Source of the DNA: Candidatus Methylomirabilota bacterium
GTDB taxonomy: Bacteria; Methylomirabilota; Methylomirabilia; Rokubacteriales; CSP1-6
Direction of reading: 5' to 3'
Length of the DNA: 35,306 nucleotides
Assembly: GCA_036005985.1 (NCBI GenBank)
Contig: DASYQB010000115.1
Coordinates: 1 to 35,306 of the forward strand
A program made the position numbers and the translations under genes. The notes under the pieces are model-generated. The model was not told the DNA's origin. It searched no databases and saw only the letters and a program-made list of their open reading frames with translations. Below are positions 1 to 8,794 of this stretch, one piece after another. Position 1 is the stretch's first letter. Each line of letters begins with the position of its first letter.

Positions 1-1
1 C

Positions 2-691
2 GACTCGGGCACGGGCATGCACTGCGTGATCGGCATTCTCGCCGCTCTCATGCAGCGCCATGCCAGCGGCGAGGGGCAGCAGGTCGAGGTCTCCATGCAG
101 GACGTGGTGGTGAATCTCATCCGCGTGAGCCTCCGCGACCATCAGCGTCACGGCAAGCCGCCCGCGCGCACCGGCAATCAGCTTGGAACCACCGCGCCGG
201 GCACCACCTATCGCTGCCATCCCGGAGGCCCCAACGACTACGTGTTCATCTTCGCCCAGCAGCAGATGTGGCACGCCCTCCTGCGCGCCATCGACCGTCA
301 CGATCTCATCGGCGACGCGCGCTACGAGACGGCGGAGGCGCGCTGGCAGCGCAAGGACGAGGTCAACGCGCTGGTGGAAGGATGGACGCGGGAGCGGACG
401 AAGCACGACGTGATGAAGATCCTCGCCGGCGCAGGGGTTCCCTGCGGGGCCTGTCTCGACACGGGCGAGGTGCTCACTGATCCGCATCTCCTCGCCCGCG
501 ACATGATCGTGGAGATCGAGCATCCCGTGCGCGGGCGTTACGTCACCGCGGGGAATCCCGTCAAGCTTTCCGCCTCTCCGACGCGCATCACCATGGCCCC
601 CTTGCTCGGTGAGCATCGTCACCAGATCCTGAAGGAACTGGGCTATGATGACGCGGCCATCACCGCCCTCGAACGCGACGGCGCCACCTGA
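2..691 (+). CDS. CoA-transferase family III (CaiB/BaiF/Frc-type), C-terminal part; 5' end lies outside the window
   Basis: The reading frame is open to the window edge. Its length and sequence (…GNQLGTTAPGTTYRC…GVPCGACLDTGEVLTDPHL…GNPVKLSASP…LGEH…) resemble the C-terminal half of family III CoA-transferases. Confidence 0.8.
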   Translation, partial: DSGTGMHCVIGILAALMQRHASGEGQQVEVSMQDVVVNLIRVSLRDHQRHGKPPARTGNQLGTTAPGTTYRCHPGGPNDYVFIFAQQQMWHALLRAIDRHDLIGDARYETAEARWQRKDEVNALVEGWTRERTKHDVMKILAGAGVPCGACLDTGEVLTDPHLLARDMIVEIEHPVRGRYVTAGNPVKLSASPTRITMAPLLGEHRHQILKELGYDDAAITALERDGAT

Positions 692-715
692 GGCGTGCGG
701 AGAGCGTCGCGAGCG

Positions 716-746
716 TTGACAAGAGGGGAATCACCGCCGAGACTAT
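716..746 (+). promoter_or_regulatory. Candidate sigma70-type promoter for the binding-protein operon
   Basis: A perfect TTGACA sits at 716-721, with weak -10 candidates GAGACT (739-744, 17-nt spacer) or GACTAT (741-746, 19-nt spacer). GGGAGGA at 754-760 lies 7 nt before the ATG at 768. Confidence 0.3.
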
Positions 747-767
747 CGCCCCAGGGAGGACCCGCCC

Positions 768-2453
768 ATGCGAGTCACCGACGAACACGCCCTCGTTCCC
801 ACCCTGAAGCGCCAGCTCGTCGATCGTCAGATCGACCGGCGCGAATTCGTGCGCTACGCGACCCTGCTCGGCATGGCCGCGCCGGCCGCCTACGCCTTCG
901 CGGCCAAGGTCACGGGGACGCCCCTCGTGGCGCCGGCCGCGGCCCAGGGCACCCTGCCCAAGGGCGGAACCCTGCGGATCGCCATGCGCTGCCAGGACCT
1001 CAAAAGTCCCCACACCTACAGCTGGGTCGAGTCGTCCAACTCCGCCCGCCAGGTGCTCGACTACCTGGCCGTGACGGGCGTGGACAACGTCACCCGCCCG
1101 AGCCTCATCGAGAAGTGGGAGCCGAGCGCCGATCTCAAGACGTGGACGCTCCGCGTGCGCAAGAGCGTCAAGTGGCATAACGGGCGTCAGTTCACCGCCG
1201 ACGACGTGGTCTGGAACTTCAAGCGCGTGCTCGATCCCAAGACGGGCTCCTCGGTCCTCGGCCTCATGAAGGGCTTTCTCCTCGAAGACTTTGAGACGGG
1301 GGAGAAGGACGACAAGGGCAATCCCAAGAAATCGGCCCGCCTGTGGGACGCGGGGGCGATTCAGAAGGTCGACGACTTCACGGTGCGGCTGAACGGCAAG
1401 ACGGCGCAGCTCGCCGTCCCCGAGCAGCTCTTCCACTACCCGTTCCTCATCCTCGATCCCGCCGAGAACGGCGAGTTCAAGGTGGGATCCAATGGCACGG
1501 GCGCCTTCACCCTCGTGGAGAACGAGGTGGGGCGGCGCCAGGTGCTGAAGGCCCGCAAGCAGGGCTACTGGGGCGGCGGACCGTATCTCGACCAGCTCGA
1601 GTTCATCGACCTCGGCGACGATCCGGCCGCCTCGGTGGCCGCCCTCGCTTCGAAGCAGGTGGACGGGCTCTACGGCGCGGATATCGTCCAGCTCGAAGCC
1701 CTCCAGAAAATCCCCCACGTGCAGATGTACCAGGTCACCACCGCCTACACGGCCACCGCGCGCATGCAGCCGGTGAAGCCCTTCGACGACAAGCGCGTGC
1801 GTCAGGCCATGCGCTACGCCATCGACTCCAACACCGTGCTGCAGGTCGCCCACCGCGGCCTCGGCCAGCCGGGTGAGCATCACCACGTGAGCCCCGTGCA
1901 CCCCGAGTACGCCAAGCTTCCCGCGCCCGTGCGCGATGTGGCCCGCGCCAAGAAGCTGCTCGCGGAGGCGGGCTACCCCAACGGCATCGATGTCGAGATC
2001 ATCTGCCGGCCTCAGCCCGCCTGGGAGCTCCTCGCCGTTCAGACCATGGTGGAGCAATGGAAGGAGGCGGGCATCCGGGTCAAGATCAACGTGATGCCCT
2101 CGACCCAGTACTGGGAAGTGTGGACCAAGGTGCCTTTCGGCTTCACCACCTGGGCCCATCGCCCCCTCGGCATCATGAGCCTCGCCCTCGCCTATCGATC
2201 GGGCGGGCCGTGGAACGAGTCGAAGTACTCCAATCCCGAGTTCGACCGCCTCCTCACCCAGGCGGAAGGCACGCTGGACGTGGCGTCGCGGCGCGAGATC
2301 ATGTCGAGGCTCGAGGCCATCCTCCAGGAGGACGGCCCCATCGTGCAGCCGGTGTGGCGGGCGATCTTCACCTTCCACGACAAGCGCGTGCAGGGCTTCA
2401 AGGCGCATCCCACGCTCTACATCTTCGGCCACCAGCTGGCGATCCAGGCGTGA
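768..2453 (+). CDS. ABC transporter substrate-binding protein, family 5 (DppA/OppA/NikA-type), Tat-exported
   Basis: 561-aa ORF with a Shine-Dalgarno site upstream. It has a twin-arginine signal (DRREFVRYATLLGMAAPAAYAFAAKV) and shows family-5 SBP-like sequence over its whole length. Confidence 0.85.
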   Translation: MRVTDEHALVPTLKRQLVDRQIDRREFVRYATLLGMAAPAAYAFAAKVTGTPLVAPAAAQGTLPKGGTLRIAMRCQDLKSPHTYSWVESSNSARQVLDYLAVTGVDNVTRPSLIEKWEPSADLKTWTLRVRKSVKWHNGRQFTADDVVWNFKRVLDPKTGSSVLGLMKGFLLEDFETGEKDDKGNPKKSARLWDAGAIQKVDDFTVRLNGKTAQLAVPEQLFHYPFLILDPAENGEFKVGSNGTGAFTLVENEVGRRQVLKARKQGYWGGGPYLDQLEFIDLGDDPAASVAALASKQVDGLYGADIVQLEALQKIPHVQMYQVTTAYTATARMQPVKPFDDKRVRQAMRYAIDSNTVLQVAHRGLGQPGEHHHVSPVHPEYAKLPAPVRDVARAKKLLAEAGYPNGIDVEIICRPQPAWELLAVQTMVEQWKEAGIRVKINVMPSTQYWEVWTKVPFGFTTWAHRPLGIMSLALAYRSGGPWNESKYSNPEFDRLLTQAEGTLDVASRREIMSRLEAILQEDGPIVQPVWRAIFTFHDKRVQGFKAHPTLYIFGHQLAIQA

Positions 2454-3580
2454 TGGCCACCCCGACGCGCACCGGCGCAAAGAAGCGGAGCATCCAGGTC
2501 AGGAAGACGGGCAGGGCCAAGCCGAAGCCGCGTGGACTGCTCGAGCGGCTCGCCGAGGGGCCGGTGATCTGCGCCGAGGGGTACCTCTTCGAGTTCGAGC
2601 GGCGCGGCTATCTCCAGGCCGGCGCCTATGTGCCAGAAATCGTCCTCGAGCGGCCGGACCTCGTCGAATCGCTCCACCGCGAGTTCGTCCACGCCGGATC
2701 GGACGTGGTCGAGGCGTTCACCTACTACGCCCATCGCGCCAAGCTCAGGATGATCGGCCGCGAAGGAGACCTGGCGAGGATCAATCAAACCGCCCTGCGC
2801 ATCGCCAAGAAGGTCGCCCGCAGCACCGGCACTCTCCTCGCCGGTGACATCTGCAACACCAGCATCTACGATCCCCAGGACGCCAAGGCCCAGAAGCAGG
2901 CGCGCCGCATCTTCGACGAGCAGATCGACTGGGCCGTGGAGGCCGGAGTCGATTTCATCGTGGCGGAGACCTACGCCTTCGGCGCCGAGGCCCTCCTCGC
3001 CCTCCAGGCGATCCGGCAGGGAGGCAAGCCCTCCGTCGTCACCCTCGCCATCCCGCGCGACGGCACAACGCGGGAGGGCTGGAGCGCCGCCGATGCCTGC
3101 CGTCGGCTCGAGGCGGGCGGCGCAGAGGTGGTCGGGCTCAACTGCGCCCGGGGCCCCGCCACCATGTTGCCGCTCCTCCGCGAGATTCGGGCCGCGGTCA
3201 CCTGTCACGTGGCGGCGCTGCCGGTGCCGTACCGGACGAGCCAGGCCGAGCCGGTCTTCCAGAGCCTCAGTGACCCGTCCCGTCCGGACAATCGCGCCTT
3301 CCCGACCGCCCTCGATCCATTTCTCCTCAGTCGCTACGAGATCGCCGAGTTCGCTCGAGAAGCCCAGGCCCTCGACGTGCGCTATCTCGGCGTGTGCTGT
3401 GGCGCGGGGCCGCACCACATCCGGAGCCTCGCCGAAGCCCTGGGGCGGCGGCCGCCCGCGAGCCGGTTCTCGCCGGACATGTCCAAGCACATCCTGTTCG
3501 GATCAGACAAGCGGCTCTGGCAGCGGAATCTCGAGTACGGCCGGCAGACGTACGGCCCGGCCGGCTCGACCTCCCGGTAG
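2453..3580 (+). CDS. Betaine-homocysteine S-methyltransferase-like protein (homocysteine S-methyltransferase domain)
   Basis: The ATG at 2453 overlaps the upstream stop (TGATG); the listed ORF start at 2057 is an out-of-gene extension. BHMT-like motifs present: GLLERL..GPVICAEGYLFEFERRGY, LHREFVHAGSDVVEAFTYYA, GLNC, and YLGVCCGAGPHHIRSLAEAL with the Zn-ligand cysteines. Confidence 0.8.
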   Translation: MATPTRTGAKKRSIQVRKTGRAKPKPRGLLERLAEGPVICAEGYLFEFERRGYLQAGAYVPEIVLERPDLVESLHREFVHAGSDVVEAFTYYAHRAKLRMIGREGDLARINQTALRIAKKVARSTGTLLAGDICNTSIYDPQDAKAQKQARRIFDEQIDWAVEAGVDFIVAETYAFGAEALLALQAIRQGGKPSVVTLAIPRDGTTREGWSAADACRRLEAGGAEVVGLNCARGPATMLPLLREIRAAVTCHVAALPVPYRTSQAEPVFQSLSDPSRPDNRAFPTALDPFLLSRYEIAEFAREAQALDVRYLGVCCGAGPHHIRSLAEALGRRPPASRFSPDMSKHILFGSDKRLWQRNLEYGRQTYGPAGSTSR

Positions 3581-3589
3581 CCGCGCCCG

Positions 3590-4765
3590 ATGGAGCACCC
3601 GAAGGGGGCGGCGGTCGTCATCATCGGCGGTGGTGTCACCGGGCTCAGCGCCGGATGGTGGCTGGCCCGATCCGGCGTGGACGTGCTCGTGCTCGAGAAG
3701 GGCATCGTGGGCTGGGAAGCCTCCGGCCGCAATGGCGGCGGCGCCACCCACGTCTACAGTCCCTTTGGTCTCGAAGAGCAGCGCCTCTGGCCCCAGATGG
3801 ACGAGCTCCTCGGCTATCCCACGGAGCACCAGCCCTATCGGATCGGCATCGCCCTGAGCGAGGCGCAGCTCGCCCTCGCCCGACGGTGGGCGGAGATCGG
3901 CGAGACGCGGGGCTTTCGCTGGGACCTCCTCGATCGACAGCAGCTCAAGGAGCTGGTGCCCATAGCGGGAGACAATGCCATCGGTGGCACCTATCTCCAC
4001 TTCGGCGGCCACGCCAATCCCCAGCGCACGGTGCAGGCCTATGCGTGGGCGCTCCAGGATCACGGCGGCCGAATCCTCCAGCACACCACGGTGACCGGGC
4101 TCGCCCGTCGCGGCGGCCGCGTCACCGCTGTTGAGACGCCGCGCGGCTCCTTTGGCGCTGACACGGTGATCGTGGCGGCGGGCCCACAGACCGGGCTCTT
4201 CGCGGACATGCTCGGCATCTCGCTGCCCCTCGCGCCTGCCAGGGTCGAGATGATCGCCACCGAGCCTCTTCCCCTCATGCAGCACGGCGGGGTGGCGGGC
4301 AATGGCCTCTACGGCCGTCAGACCCTCCGGGGCAACCTCGTGTACGGCGGCGGCCCACACGAGTGGATCAACGTGCCCGACATGGCCGCGCCCGATCATC
4401 CCAACACCCCGCTCGTGCGAAATCTCGCGCGCCGGCTCGCCGAGCTCCTGCCCGGGGCCGCCCACCTCCGCGTGATCCGGTCGTGGGGCGGTGTGGTCGA
4501 GAACACGCCCGACGGGCTTCCCGTCATCGATCGTCTCGCGTCACCCGACAACGTGGTGGTGGCCACCATGTCGAGCGTCGGCTTCGGCCTCTCTCCCGCC
4601 GTGGGCAAGGCGCTGAGCGAGCTGGTCATCCACGGGCGCTGCCTCTTCGCCGATCTCTCGGCGCTCGCCCTGAGCCGCTTCGCCGACACGCCGCCGGACT
4701 GGCGCGAGCGGGTGGGCTGGATATCCGCGGCGCCCGCCGAGGTCGCGGCCGGAGGCGGACGATGA
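3590..4765 (+). CDS. FAD-dependent oxidoreductase, DAO family (sarcosine-oxidase-beta / opine-oxidase-B / HcnC-like), copy B
   Basis: N-terminal dinucleotide fold AAVVIIGGGVTGLSAGWWLARSGVDVLVLEKG. The size of 391 aa is typical of the family. Confidence 0.8.
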   Translation: MEHPKGAAVVIIGGGVTGLSAGWWLARSGVDVLVLEKGIVGWEASGRNGGGATHVYSPFGLEEQRLWPQMDELLGYPTEHQPYRIGIALSEAQLALARRWAEIGETRGFRWDLLDRQQLKELVPIAGDNAIGGTYLHFGGHANPQRTVQAYAWALQDHGGRILQHTTVTGLARRGGRVTAVETPRGSFGADTVIVAAGPQTGLFADMLGISLPLAPARVEMIATEPLPLMQHGGVAGNGLYGRQTLRGNLVYGGGPHEWINVPDMAAPDHPNTPLVRNLARRLAELLPGAAHLRVIRSWGGVVENTPDGLPVIDRLASPDNVVVATMSSVGFGLSPAVGKALSELVIHGRCLFADLSALALSRFADTPPDWRERVGWISAAPAEVAAGGGR

Positions 4766-6453
4766 TCCGCGAGATCGACCCGCGCTCGGTAGTCGACAAG
4801 GCTCCCCCCGTGGAGCGTCACGTGGCGGTGGTGGTGGTGGGGGCGGGAGCGGCCGGAGTGGCCGCCGCGATCGCCGCGGCGCGGACCGGCGCTCAGGTCC
4901 TGCTCGTCGACGAGAACCCCGTCGACAACGACATGATGGCCATGGACGTGCCCCTCTACTTTGGCCAGCGCATGCAGCCCTCCGTCCGGAACCGCGCCCT
5001 CATGATGGAGCGGGTAGTGGAGGCGAATCCCGCGCTGGCCGAGGCGCACGAAGCCGGCGTCGACGTTCAGCTCGGAACCTATGTCTGGGGCGCTTTCGTC
5101 AACGGGCCGACGGTGCGCGAGCTTCCCGGTCCGCTGCTCGGTCTCGCGGACGACCGGCGCTCATGGCTCGTGAGCTATGACCGCCTCGTCGTCGCCGCCG
5201 GCGCCCGCGACGTCGCGATGGGCTTTCCGGGCTGGGAACGGGCGGGGGCGATGGGAGCGAGCGGAGCCTGGTCCCTTCTCACCCGCTATCGTGCCTTCGC
5301 CGCCCATCGCATGGTCGTTGTCGGATCGGGAAGCCTGGGCCTCGCCGCCGCCGCCCTGGCCCTCCAGCAGGGCGTCGAGATCGCCGGCGTGGTCGAGGTG
5401 GGAGACGTGGTCCGCGGCGATCCCGCGGAGGCAGCCGCCCTCACCGTTCGAGGGGTGCCGATCTACACCTCGCATACGATCCGCGAGGCTCGCGGCAAGG
5501 TCGGCGAAGTCGAGTCCGTGGTCGTCGTCCAGGTGGACGGCCAGCTCGCGCCGGTGGCGGGCAGCGAGCGCGAGATCAGGTGCGATACGATCTGTCTCGC
5601 CCTCGGGCTCGCTCCCAGCGTCGAGCTCCTATCCCTCGCGGGCGCCCGCCTCGACTTCGTCTCTCCTCTCGGCGGCTGGGTGCCCCGGCTCAACGAGGTG
5701 ATGCAGACCACCGCCCCCACCGTCTTCGCCGCCGGCGACTGCGCCGGCGTCCACGACGGGATGCTCTCCGATCCGGAAATCGCGCGCGCCCAGGGACTCG
5801 CCGCGGGCCTCGCCGCCGCCGAATCCCTCCGCACCACTTACATCCCTCTCCCCCACCGGGGGAGAGGGCGCAGTTCGAGCCGAAACGCTGCCGACGAGCC
5901 GCAGGCGAGGAGAGCGGTGAGGCGAGGGCTGGAGAGGGAGGGGGCCAGCCTCCACGCATACTGGCAACAGTGGCTCCAGTCGCTCCTCCACGCGGGAGGC
6001 CTCGACGTCAACATCTGCCAGTGCGAGGAAGTGACGAGACGCGAGTTGGTAGAGGTCAAGCCTCCCCGTTATCTCAAGTGGGAGTCCTCCCAGATGGCGG
6101 CCCGGAGTATCGACACCTTGCTCCAGGACGGGCCGATCAACCAGGACCAGATCAAGCGCCTCACCCGCGCGGGCATGGGGCCCTGCCAGAGTCGCCGCTG
6201 CCGGGAGCAGGTCTCCTTGCTCCTCGCCCAGGCCGCCGGCACCTCGGTTGACCGGATTCCCCTGCCGAGCTTTCGTCCGCCTCTTCGTCCCCTCCCCTTG
6301 AATGTCCTCTGGCCGGCGGACGAGCCGCCCGCCATGCGCGAGCACTGGGTCAGCTGGTTCGGCATACCGACCCAGTTCAGCCCGCACTGGGAGGCGGGCA
6401 TGGCCGTGGCCGAGCCCACCGCCCAGGCTCCCCTCATCCTGAGCGACGAGTGA
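4762..6453 (+). CDS. FAD/NAD(P)-binding oxidoreductase alpha-type subunit (OoxA/HcnB-like) with BFD-like [2Fe-2S] Cys motif
   Basis: The ATG at 4762 overlaps the upstream stop (ATGA); the listed start at 4363 is an extension. It has two Rossmann motifs (VVVVGAGAAGVAAAIAAARTG, VVVGSGSLGLAAAAL) and a C-terminal CQCEEV…GMGPCQSRRC motif (C-x-C…C-x4-C). Confidence 0.75.
   Translation: MIREIDPRSVVDKAPPVERHVAVVVVGAGAAGVAAAIAAARTGAQVLLVDENPVDNDMMAMDVPLYFGQRMQPSVRNRALMMERVVEANPALAEAHEAGVDVQLGTYVWGAFVNGPTVRELPGPLLGLADDRRSWLVSYDRLVVAAGARDVAMGFPGWERAGAMGASGAWSLLTRYRAFAAHRMVVVGSGSLGLAAAALALQQGVEIAGVVEVGDVVRGDPAEAAALTVRGVPIYTSHTIREARGKVGEVESVVVVQVDGQLAPVAGSEREIRCDTICLALGLAPSVELLSLAGARLDFVSPLGGWVPRLNEVMQTTAPTVFAAGDCAGVHDGMLSDPEIARAQGLAAGLAAAESLRTTYIPLPHRGRGRSSSRNAADEPQARRAVRRGLEREGASLHAYWQQWLQSLLHAGGLDVNICQCEEVTRRELVEVKPPRYLKWESSQMAARSIDTLLQDGPINQDQIKRLTRAGMGPCQSRRCREQVSLLLAQAAGTSVDRIPLPSFRPPLRPLPLNVLWPADEPPAMREHWVSWFGIPTQFSPHWEAGMAVAEPTAQAPLILSDE
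5844..5868. repeat. Perfect 11-bp inverted repeat (CCCTCTCCCCC-ACC-GGGGGAGAGGG) inside the alpha-subunit CDS
   Basis: Read directly: arms at 5844-5854 and 5858-5868 with a 3-nt loop. It encodes part of …IPLPHRGRGRS… in an Arg/Gly/Ser-rich linker. Confidence 0.8.
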
Positions 6454-7667
6454 GCGAGAGCGGCACGGGGGCAACCGCTGCGCGACGCGCGGCGGACATC
6501 GTGGTCATCGGCGGGGGCGTCCACGGGGCGAGCCTCGCCTACCACCTCGCGCGCAAGAAGGCCGGGCGCGTCGTCCTCGTCGAGAAGAAGTTCATCGCGT
6601 CCGGACCCACTGGACGCTCGACAGCGCTTGTGCGCGGGTTCTACGCCATGGATTTCTTCACCCGCACGGGCAGCGCGGCGGCCGAGGTGTTCCGCCACTG
6701 GCCCGACGTCGTCGGCGGGGACGGCGGGCCCGGCTTCCAGCAGGTAGGCATGCTCGCCCTCGCCGGCCCCGACCACGCGCCCCATCTCCGTCACAATGCC
6801 CTGCGCGCGCAAGAGATCGGAGCCAAGGTCGCCCTCATCTCCGCCGCCGAGGTCAAAGCCCTCGTTCCCTCCGTCAACGTCGACGATATCGCCCTCGCCT
6901 CCTACGAGGCGGAGTCCGGCTACGCGGATCCCTCTTCCACCGCCAACGCCCTCGTCAACCGGGCCCGCGATCTGGGGGCGATCATCATTCAGTACGAGCG
7001 CGTGGAGGCGATACGCACCGCGGGTCCGCGGGTGGTCGGCGTGCGCACGGAAACGCGGGATATCGACGCGCCGGTGGTGATCAACTGTGGCGGGCTGTGG
7101 GCGGACCGGCTCCTCCGTCCCCTCGGCATCGAGGTCTCCATCACGCCGACCCGACACCAGATGTGCTTCTTCCGGCGCCCCGCCGGCTTCGGCACCCATC
7201 CGGCCATCGCCGATACGGTCTCCATGACCTACATGCGCCCCGAGCACGGCGATCTCACCATCCACGGCCTCCTCGCCTATGACGAGGCGGTCGATCCCGA
7301 CCACTACAACGAAGGCGCCGACCCTGAGCAGATTCTCCGAAATGCCGAGCGGATCGCCCACCGCTTCCCGATCATGGAGCACGGCCTGGCCATGGGCGGC
7401 TACTCCGGCGTGTACGACGTGACGCCGGACCATCAGCCGGTGCTCGGGGCCATCCCGGAGTACGCGGGACTCTACGCTGACTTCGGGTGGAGCGGCCACG
7501 GCTTCAAGCACTCGCCGGTTATCGGCGACATCCTCTCCGACGTGGTCCTCCACGGAAAGGCAGCCGACTTCGATCTCACGCCTTTCCGCTGGAGCCGCTT
7601 CCGCGAGGGTGATCTCCTTCCCCGAGCCGGCTGGATCGCTCCACCGCACCCGAAGCATCGGCTATAG
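6450..7667 (+). CDS. FAD-dependent oxidoreductase, DAO family, copy B' (paralogue of 3590-4765)
   Basis: The GTG start overlaps the upstream stop (GTGA). It has the dinucleotide fold DIVVIGGGVHGASLAYHLARKKAGRVVLVEKK and the C-terminal DAO-family motif GWSGHGFKHSPVIG. Confidence 0.8.
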   Translation: MSESGTGATAARRAADIVVIGGGVHGASLAYHLARKKAGRVVLVEKKFIASGPTGRSTALVRGFYAMDFFTRTGSAAAEVFRHWPDVVGGDGGPGFQQVGMLALAGPDHAPHLRHNALRAQEIGAKVALISAAEVKALVPSVNVDDIALASYEAESGYADPSSTANALVNRARDLGAIIIQYERVEAIRTAGPRVVGVRTETRDIDAPVVINCGGLWADRLLRPLGIEVSITPTRHQMCFFRRPAGFGTHPAIADTVSMTYMRPEHGDLTIHGLLAYDEAVDPDHYNEGADPEQILRNAERIAHRFPIMEHGLAMGGYSGVYDVTPDHQPVLGAIPEYAGLYADFGWSGHGFKHSPVIGDILSDVVLHGKAADFDLTPFRWSRFREGDLLPRAGWIAPPHPKHRL

Positions 7668-7781
7668 GTTGATCCTCCCGCAGGCCGGCGCGCCATGCCG
7701 ACCGCGGGCGCACAAGAGGCAGGCCGGATCTTGACAGGACGTGAGGGCATGCCGTCTCATGGCCCTCAACCGGAGGCGCCT

Positions 7782-8792
7782 ATGCGATCGAATCGCGTGA
7801 TCAGCACGATTGATTTCCACACGGCGGGGATCGGGATGCGGCTGGTGACGAGCGGCCTCGGCCGGCTCCCCGGAAACACCATCGTCGAGAAGCGGCGGTG
7901 GTTCCAGGAGCACCTCGACGATCTCCGGACCGGCCTCTGTCTCGAGCCGCGCGGGCACCGCGGCCTCCTCATCGCGGTCATGACCGAGCCGGTCACCCCC
8001 GCCGCGCACTTCGGCCTCTTCTTCATCTATCCCGGCGGCTACTACGTCTCGTGCGGCGAGGGCACGATCGGAGCGGCCACGGTGGCCGTCGAAACCGGGC
8101 TGGTGCCCCAGACGGGGAGCGAGACCTCGGTCGTCATCGACACGGAAGCGGGGGTGGTGGAGACCATCGCGCGCTCGGCCGGCGATCGCGTGCGCGATGT
8201 CACCCTCCGGTGGACCCCGTCGTTCGTCGCGCTGCCCGGGCAGGCCATCGAGGTCGAAGGCGTGGGCGAGGTGCCCGTCGACATCGCGGTGGGCGCCGGC
8301 AATGTCTTCGCCATCGTGGAGGCGGGGCACCTCGGCCTGACGGTGCGGCAAGACCTCGCGAAGCGAATCTCCCAGCGGGGCATGGCCGTACGCCACGCAG
8401 TGAACGCCCAGCTCCAGGTCGAGACACCGGATCTCGGGAAGACGAGCGTGGACAACGTGCTCGTCCACGAGCTGCCGGATGCCGGCGGGGTATCGCGCAA
8501 TGCCCTCGTCTGGGGCCCGGGCCAGGTCGACGCCGCCCCCTGTGGGTCGGGCACGTGCGCGCGCCTCGCCCTCTTCCATCATCGGGGTCTCATGAGCGTC
8601 GGCTCCACGTTCGTCAGCGAAGGGCTGCTCGGCCTCAGCTTCACCGCCCGGATCGGCGGCGAGACGGCGCTGGAAGACGGGCGGCTGGCGATCCTGCCCG
8701 AGATCACCGGCACCGCGTACCTCACTGGCTTCAGCCAGCTCCTGTTCGATCCCGACGACCCGATGCGCGCCGGCTACCTGCTCGACGTGTAG
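7782..8792 (+). CDS. Proline racemase / 4-hydroxyproline 2-epimerase family protein (Cys/Cys type)
   Basis: The ATG at 7782 is preceded by GGAGG at 7772-7776. The N-terminus MRSNRVISTIDFHTAGIGMR is typical of the family. Both catalytic positions hold Cys (VSCGEGTIG and APCGSGTCA). Confidence 0.8.
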   Translation: MRSNRVISTIDFHTAGIGMRLVTSGLGRLPGNTIVEKRRWFQEHLDDLRTGLCLEPRGHRGLLIAVMTEPVTPAAHFGLFFIYPGGYYVSCGEGTIGAATVAVETGLVPQTGSETSVVIDTEAGVVETIARSAGDRVRDVTLRWTPSFVALPGQAIEVEGVGEVPVDIAVGAGNVFAIVEAGHLGLTVRQDLAKRISQRGMAVRHAVNAQLQVETPDLGKTSVDNVLVHELPDAGGVSRNALVWGPGQVDAAPCGSGTCARLALFHHRGLMSVGSTFVSEGLLGLSFTARIGGETALEDGRLAILPEITGTAYLTGFSQLLFDPDDPMRAGYLLDV

Positions 8793-8794
8793 CC

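Noticed and set aside
2057-2452. 5' extensions of listed ORFs: 2057, 4363, 7695, 7898, 13248, 15192, 29107, 30730 and 34915 as start points.
   Set aside because: The extensions overlap the preceding gene and translate to Arg/Pro-rich nonsense. Recognisable family N-termini begin at internal ATG/GTG codons that sit at ATGA/GTGA junctions or behind SD motifs.
660-2480. Long antisense or alternative-frame ORFs: 660-2480(-), 2417-3490(-), 6069-7658(-), 10955-12481(-), 11230-12972(+), 13618-15129(+), 15289-16458(-), 16760-18511(+), 21247-22521(-), 25889-27124(+), 28400-30616(+), 31906-33015(+), 33088-34035(+) and many shorter ones.
   Set aside because: Each lies opposite, or out of frame with, a gene that has clear family motifs. 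Their translations are low-complexity Arg/Gly/Pro/His/Ala strings, typical of shadow ORFs in high-GC DNA.
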